DNA of 64,000 nucleotides from an uncultured Nocardioidaceae bacterium. Its GTDB lineage: Bacteria; Actinomycetota; Actinomycetes; Propionibacteriales; Nocardioidaceae. The position numbers and the translations under genes are program-made. Positions within the stretch are counted from its first letter, which is position 1. Every line of letters begins with the position of its first letter. The DNA is taken from positions 8,500 through 72,499 of the forward strand of contig CADCUJ010000078.1 in NCBI GenBank assembly GCA_902805855.1, given 5' to 3'. Of the stretch, positions 59,141 to 64,000 are shown piece by piece. The notes beneath the pieces were generated by a model. It ran no database searches and was not told the origin of the DNA. It worked only from the letters and a program-made list of their open reading frames with translations.

Positions 59141-59971
59141 ATGTCCGACAGCGCTTCCCCCGAGATCGCAGTGATCGGTGGCTCCGGGTTCTACGAGTTC
59201 CTCGACGACCCGCGAGAGGTCGACGTGGACACGCCGTACGGGAAGCCGTCCGCGGCGATCGCCGTCGGCCGGGTCGGTGGGCGGCAGGTCGCGTTCCTGC
59301 CCCGCCACGGGAAGCGGCACCAGTTCCCGCCGCACGCGATCAACTACCGCGCGAACATGTGGGCACTGCGCGCGCTCGGAGTGCGCCGGATCCTGGCACC
59401 GTGCGCCGTCGGCGGGCTTCGCGACGACGTGGCTCCTGGAGACATCGTGGTGCCCGACCAGCTCGTCGACCGCACGTACCGTCGGGTGCAGACCTATGTG
59501 GACTCCGGCGCCGCCCACGTCCCCTTCGCCGACCCGTACTGCCCCGACCTGGCAGGTACGTTCGCGGTGAACGAGGGTGAGGTCAGGACCGGAGGCACGA
59601 TGGTGGTCATCGAGGGGCCACGCTTCTCCACCCGAGCCGAGTCGCGCCACTACGCCGCGCAGGGATGGTCGCTGATCAACATGACCGGGCACCCGGAAGC
59701 CGTCCTCGCCCGTGAGCTGTCGATGTGCTTCGTGGCGATCGCGGTGGTCACCGACATGGACGCGGGTGTCTCGGCGCAGGAGGCGGTCACCCAGGCCCAG
59801 GTGTTCGCCGCTTTCGCGCAGAACATCGAGAAGCTGAAGGGGATCCTCGAGAGGGTGATCGGTGACCTGCCTCCCCGCGGGGAGTGCGGCTGTGCGAGCT
59901 GGGCGGAGGGGATCGACCTGCCCTTCGAGCTGCCCGATCATCGTCACACCGTGGAGCACCGCTCGGCATGA
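59141..59971 (+). CDS. mtnP: S-methyl-5'-thioadenosine phosphorylase
   Basis: IAVIGGSGFY, FLPRHG..H.FPPH.INYRAN and LINMTGHPE motifs. Confidence 0.88.
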   Translation: MSDSASPEIAVIGGSGFYEFLDDPREVDVDTPYGKPSAAIAVGRVGGRQVAFLPRHGKRHQFPPHAINYRANMWALRALGVRRILAPCAVGGLRDDVAPGDIVVPDQLVDRTYRRVQTYVDSGAAHVPFADPYCPDLAGTFAVNEGEVRTGGTMVVIEGPRFSTRAESRHYAAQGWSLINMTGHPEAVLARELSMCFVAIAVVTDMDAGVSAQEAVTQAQVFAAFAQNIEKLKGILERVIGDLPPRGECGCASWAEGIDLPFELPDHRHTVEHRSA

Positions 59972-61080
59972 GGGTCCTGCTCACCGGCTCCCGGGGATTC
60001 ATCGGTCAGGCGATCGCCGAGCACCTGCGCCAGCGGGGTGACGAGGTGGTCGAGGTCGACGCGATGATCCCGCAGGCGCACCCCGCCGACGTGCCGACAG
60101 CCGATCCCGTTCATCGCCTCGACGTGCGAGACGCGCTCGACTGGGTGGACCTGCTCAGCGGCGTCGACGTGGTGTGCCACCAGGCGGCGATGGTCGGTGC
60201 CGGGGTGAGCGTGGCGGACCTCCCGTTGTACGCCGGGCACAACGACCTGGGGACCGCGGCGCTGCTGGCCGCGATGGCGGAGGCCGGGGTGCGTGACCTG
60301 GTGCTCGCCTCGTCGATGGTCGTGTACGGCGAGGGCAGGTACCTGTGCGAGCAGCACGGCGACCAGGTCCCGGGTCCTCGGTCGCTGGAGGTCCTGCGCG
60401 CCGGCGGCTTCGACAACCACTGCCGGCAGTGCGGACGCGCCCTGCAGTGGGCGTTGGTCGATGAGCACGCGTCACTCGACCCGCGCAGCGCCTATGCGGT
60501 GAGCAAGCTCGCCCAGGAGTACTACGCAGCGGCCTGGACCCGGCAGGCCGACGGCCGGGTGATCGCTCTGCGCTACCACAACGTCTACGGGCCCCAGATG
60601 CCACAGGACACCCCCTACTCGGGCGTGGCCGCCATCTTTCGCTCCGCGCTCGAGCGTGGTGACCCGCCCCGGGTCTTCGAGGACGGCGGCCAGATGCGCG
60701 ACTTCGTGCACGTGTCCGACGTGGCCCGAGCGAACGTGCTGAGTCTCGACGCGGTGTCCGGACGCGGCATCGGCACCTCGGCGGCGTACAACGTCTGCTC
60801 GGGCCGTCCGGTGAGCATCCGGGACGTAGCCGGCTTCGTCGCGGCAGCCTCGGCACCAGGTGCCGAGCCGGTCGTCACCGGTGGGTTCCGGGTCGGCGAC
60901 GTCCGCCACGTGGTCGCATCGCCGGCGAGGGCCGCCGACGAGCTGGGTTTCCGCGCCGACGTGGAGCCGGCGCGGGGACTCGAGGAGTTCGCGACCACCC
61001 CGCTGCGGGTCGCCGGTCACCGGCGAGGGGCCTCACCAGGTCGTCTGCAGCAGATGCATGACGACGAGCGCGGTGCCTAG
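59968..61080 (+). CDS. NAD-dependent epimerase/dehydratase family protein
   Basis: MRVLLTGSRGFIGQ Rossmann motif and YAVSK (YxxxK). ATGA overlap with mtnP. The 3' end overlaps the convergent membrane gene by 48 nt. Confidence 0.85.
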   Translation: MRVLLTGSRGFIGQAIAEHLRQRGDEVVEVDAMIPQAHPADVPTADPVHRLDVRDALDWVDLLSGVDVVCHQAAMVGAGVSVADLPLYAGHNDLGTAALLAAMAEAGVRDLVLASSMVVYGEGRYLCEQHGDQVPGPRSLEVLRAGGFDNHCRQCGRALQWALVDEHASLDPRSAYAVSKLAQEYYAAAWTRQADGRVIALRYHNVYGPQMPQDTPYSGVAAIFRSALERGDPPRVFEDGGQMRDFVHVSDVARANVLSLDAVSGRGIGTSAAYNVCSGRPVSIRDVAGFVAAASAPGAEPVVTGGFRVGDVRHVVASPARAADELGFRADVEPARGLEEFATTPLRVAGHRRGASPGRLQQMHDDERGA

Positions 61081-62400
61081 CTGCACGCCCAGGCCGATGC
61101 GTCGCCACCGGACCGGCAGCAGTGCGCAGGACACCAGCAACCAGGGGACGAAGGGAAGCCAGATCCGCTCCACCTCGGCCTTGCTCATCAAGGAGGCGAC
61201 GGCGAGCAGGGTCGTCGCGACAGTGGCGCCCGTCAGCGACGCGACCACCTTGGTGGCGGCTCCGGTGAGGAGCTCGCGCCTGTGTGCAGCCAGCACGGCA
61301 ACGCCGGAACCGAGCATCGGGCCGGCTGCGAACAGCAGTGCGGCAGGCCCACCCCAGACCCAGTAGCTGATCGGCCGCCGGCCGCCCACCCCCTCGAAGT
61401 ACCGGCCACGCACCTCCACCAAGCCCTCCCACCAGGCGAACCCGCCGGCGTAGAAGACGAGCACCACGGCCAGCGCCGTCACCGCGGCGATCGGCAGCGG
61501 CATCCAGGAGCGTGCGAGCCACAGCACCGTGACTGCGAGCAGTCCGAGCAGGACCAGGCCATAGGACAGCATCACGCAGTACCCGAGCAGCAGCCCCGCG
61601 AGCACGGACCAGGCGATGCTGCGCCTGGTCGCCGCTACCGCGAGCGCCGCCAGTCCCCACGCGGCGAACGCAGCGAAGACCGCGTCTCCGGACACAGCCT
61701 GCCAGATCGCCGCCGGGGCGAAGACCAGGAACGGGGCGGCACGACGGGCCAGGTCTTCGGCGCCGAGCTGTCTGACCGTCAGGAGAACCGCGACCGCGGT
61801 GGTCGCCGCGAGGACGATCACCACAAGACCTGCTTCGGTGGCGCTCTGCAGGCCGACCCGCACCAAGACGATGAAGAAGAGCAGCGCTCCGGGTGGATGT
61901 CCGGCGATGTGCACCGGCCAGTTGTCCGGCTTCGCCTGGTAGCCGATTTTGCTCGTGTAGACGTCGAGGGTCGCGCCGAAGTCCTGGGTCCTGCGCGCGG
62001 TGTTCAGGTACTCGTACTTGTAGTCGAGGATGCCGCCGATGCCGTAGCGACCGTCCAGCAGCGCGAGGGCGAGCATCCACGCCATGCCCGCCACGAAGAC
62101 CGCCGACATGAGCGTCCGCCACCGCATCGTCTCGGCCAGCGGCCGTGCCTGCCACATCGCCAGCAGGGCGATCGCCACCGCGACCGGTGTCGCATAGCCG
62201 ATGCGAGGAAGCCAGTCAGCGTGCACGGGCGGGAAGTTGTTCACCCGGACGTCCCAGCCGAGTGCCGCGGGCACCGCCATCGCCAGCGCCATCAGGACCA
62301 GCGCGGCGACGAGTCCGATGCGCGGGGCACGGCTGTGCTCGGGGACCTCGACAGCCGCAGGGGTGGGGGCCGCGGTCGAACGCTCCACACTCGGCGACAT
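61033..62400 (-). CDS. Polytopic membrane protein, GT-C-like glycosyltransferase candidate
   Basis: More than 10 hydrophobic segments with an early extracytoplasmic loop. Located next to GT2 and DUF2064 genes. The family assignment is tentative. Confidence 0.6.
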   Translation of the reverse strand: MSPSVERSTAAPTPAAVEVPEHSRAPRIGLVAALVLMALAMAVPAALGWDVRVNNFPPVHADWLPRIGYATPVAVAIALLAMWQARPLAETMRWRTLMSAVFVAGMAWMLALALLDGRYGIGGILDYKYEYLNTARRTQDFGATLDVYTSKIGYQAKPDNWPVHIAGHPPGALLFFIVLVRVGLQSATEAGLVVIVLAATTAVAVLLTVRQLGAEDLARRAAPFLVFAPAAIWQAVSGDAVFAAFAAWGLAALAVAATRRSIAWSVLAGLLLGYCVMLSYGLVLLGLLAVTVLWLARSWMPLPIAAVTALAVVLVFYAGGFAWWEGLVEVRGRYFEGVGGRRPISYWVWGGPAALLFAAGPMLGSGVAVLAAHRRELLTGAATKVVASLTGATVATTLLAVASLMSKAEVERIWLPFVPWLLVSCALLPVRWRRIGLGVQLGTALVVMHLLQTTW

Positions 62401-62524
62401 GTATCAGAGGCTAGGTGCTGGTCCGAGCGCTGGCACCGAGCAACCCGGATCCTCGAGCGGTCGTCAGAGCTTCGTAAGACTCCAGCAGCGAGGAACGGCT
62501 GTCCCGGGCCTTATCTTCGATGGC

Positions 62525-63184
62525 ATGCCATCGCGCTGTGACCTGGTGCTGCCGTGCCGAGACGAGGCACGGGCTCTGCCTGACCTGTTGGCCAAGGTGC
62601 CCGACGGCTTCGACGTGATCGTCGTGGACAACGGCTCGACCGATGAGACCGGTCGGGTCGCCGAGGAGCTCGGCGCGACGGTCGTGATGGAGAGCCGGCC
62701 GGGTTACGGGGCAGCGGTGCACGCGGGCGTCACGGCCGCGACCGCCGACTTCGTGGCTGTCATCGACGGAGACGGCTCGATGGATCCCGGTGGGCTGTCG
62801 CCGATGTTGCGCGCGGTTGCTGCCGGTGAGATCACCATGGCAGTGGGCCGGCGCCGTCCGGTCCGTAGGGGGGTGTGGCCGTGGCATGCCCGGGCCGGCA
62901 GCGCGCTCGTGCTGTGGTGGCTGCGCCGGCGCACCGGCATCGACGTCCACGACATCGCGCCGGTGCGCGTGTGCGGGCGCCTCGATCTTCTCGACCTCGA
63001 CCTGCGCGACCGCCGCTTCGGCTACCCGGTCGAGCTTCTGGTGAAGGCGCAGCAGGCCGGTTGGACCATCCGCGAGTACGACGTGGACTACCACCCCAGG
63101 GCTGCGGGCACCCGGTCGAAGGTCTCCGGCTCCGTACGTGGCACGGTGCGCACCGCCCGGGACTTCGCGAGGGTACTGCCGTGA
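62525..63184 (+). CDS. Glycosyltransferase family 2 (polyprenol-phosphate sugar synthase-like)
   Basis: CDLVLPCRDEA, VIVVDNGSTDET and VIDGDGS (DxD) motifs. Confidence 0.85.
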   Translation: MPSRCDLVLPCRDEARALPDLLAKVPDGFDVIVVDNGSTDETGRVAEELGATVVMESRPGYGAAVHAGVTAATADFVAVIDGDGSMDPGGLSPMLRAVAAGEITMAVGRRRPVRRGVWPWHARAGSALVLWWLRRRTGIDVHDIAPVRVCGRLDLLDLDLRDRRFGYPVELLVKAQQAGWTIREYDVDYHPRAAGTRSKVSGSVRGTVRTARDFARVLP

Positions 63185-63843
63185 GCCACGCTGCCGTGCT
63201 CGTGGTCTCGAGGGCGCCGGTGGCCGGCGAGGCAAAGACCCGGCTCGCCGCCTCCGTCGGCGATCGGGCCGCCGCCGACCTCGCGGCCGCGGCGCTGCTG
63301 GACACCCTCGAGGTCTGTGGGCGATCGTTCGACACGTGCATGGTCGCGCTGACCGGTGATCTCGACGCCGCCGAACGTTCGGACGGCCTGGACGAGGCTC
63401 TGCGTGGCTGGTGCGTCCTCGAGCAACGCGGCGACGGCTTGGGCGAGCGGCTAGCCAACGCCCACGCCGACGCAGCGAGTCGGGCGTCGAGAGCGGTGAT
63501 CCAGATCGGGATGGACACACCGCAGGTGACGGGGGCACAGCTCATCGAGCTCGACTCGATGCTCGCCAGCGGGCTCGACGCGGTGCTCGGCCCGGCCGAC
63601 GACGGCGGCTGGTGGGTGCTCGGTGTGAGCGACCCACGCCTGGTTGCGGACCTCGGCTCGGTGCCCATGTCGTCTCCTGGGACTGCTGCTGGGACCCTGC
63701 GGCTGCTGCACGCGGGCGGCGCGGAGGTGGGGATCGGTGACCAGCTGCGCGACATCGACCTCGTCGAGGACGCGGTGGCCGTCGCCCGCGAGTTCCCGCA
63801 CCTTCGGTTCTCTGCTGCCTGGTGGGGTGTGCACCTGGCGTGA
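63181..63843 (+). CDS. DUF2064 family (TIGR04282-like) nucleotide-sugar transferase fold protein
   Basis: AVLVVSRAPVAGEAKTRLA N-terminus and IGMDTPQ, GPADDGGWWVLG motifs. GTGA overlap with the GT2 gene. Confidence 0.75.
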   Translation: MSHAAVLVVSRAPVAGEAKTRLAASVGDRAAADLAAAALLDTLEVCGRSFDTCMVALTGDLDAAERSDGLDEALRGWCVLEQRGDGLGERLANAHADAASRASRAVIQIGMDTPQVTGAQLIELDSMLASGLDAVLGPADDGGWWVLGVSDPRLVADLGSVPMSSPGTAAGTLRLLHAGGAEVGIGDQLRDIDLVEDAVAVAREFPHLRFSAAWWGVHLA

Positions 63844-64000
63844 CCGGGGCCGGTGCAGGCTCGTTCGCCGTCCAGCGGGCACGTCGGGTGACGTGCCGCC
63901 GGACCCGATTCCCACCGTCCTCGGCGACCCGGGCGTGTCGCTCGGATCGAACACGTGTTCGGGCTAGGGTTCTCGCATGACCGGTCCTGGACCGTGTCCA

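Noticed and set aside
63371-63382. The perfect 12-nt palindrome CCGAACGTTCGG.
   Set aside because: It lies inside the DUF2064 coding sequence (AERSDG) with no regulatory context. It is probably coincidental.
63840-63978. A possible next gene starting at the GTG that overlaps the DUF2064 stop.
   Set aside because: The frame closes after about 46 codons, with an Arg/Cys-rich composition and no motif. The window end does not give enough sequence to call anything.

Overview
This is a 64-kb stretch of a very GC-rich actinobacterial chromosome. I ran no database search, so all calls rest on motif recognition in the supplied ORF translations and on reading the DNA. Most of the window is the conserved actinobacterial housekeeping backbone. 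In order it carries nadC-coaX-lysS, lsr2-clpC1, rimP-nusA-ylxR-infB-rbfA-truB-ribF, rpsO-pnp-M16 peptidase, dapB, thyA-folA, dapA-rnj, and ftsK-RodZ-like-rimO-pgsA-cinA-clgR. Accessory blocks are inserted between these: an Eis-like GNAT, a Tat-lipoprotein/DUF4439 pair, and paaABCDE. There is also an Rpf-like transglycosylase behind a c-di-AMP (ydaO-type) riboswitch, and a hydrolase-TetR-GCS2-EEP operon. Further insertions are an S8 peptidase, a MerB-like protein, a GH15 hydrolase, lhr-nei, a DrrABC-like ABC-2 exporter, DUF3046 with an MFS transporter, MTAP, and a glycosylation cluster (epimerase, GT-C-like membrane protein, GT2, DUF2064). I saw no rRNA, tRNA, CRISPR array, transposase, integrase or recognisable defence system, and I cannot point to one clearly novel multi-gene system. 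The best leads fall into two groups. Unexplained features: a dispersed 21-bp intergenic tandem-repeat family present at two loci in opposite orientation, perfect in-frame micro-repeats in several core genes, and several uncharacterised translationally coupled gene sets. Readable regulatory sites: a ClgR box at clpC1, a PafBC/RecA-NDp-type promoter at lhr-nei, the c-di-AMP riboswitch, an AT-rich palindrome at lsr2, and an inverted repeat at a leaderless paaA. The many long antisense ORFs in the track are GC-bias shadows and were not called.
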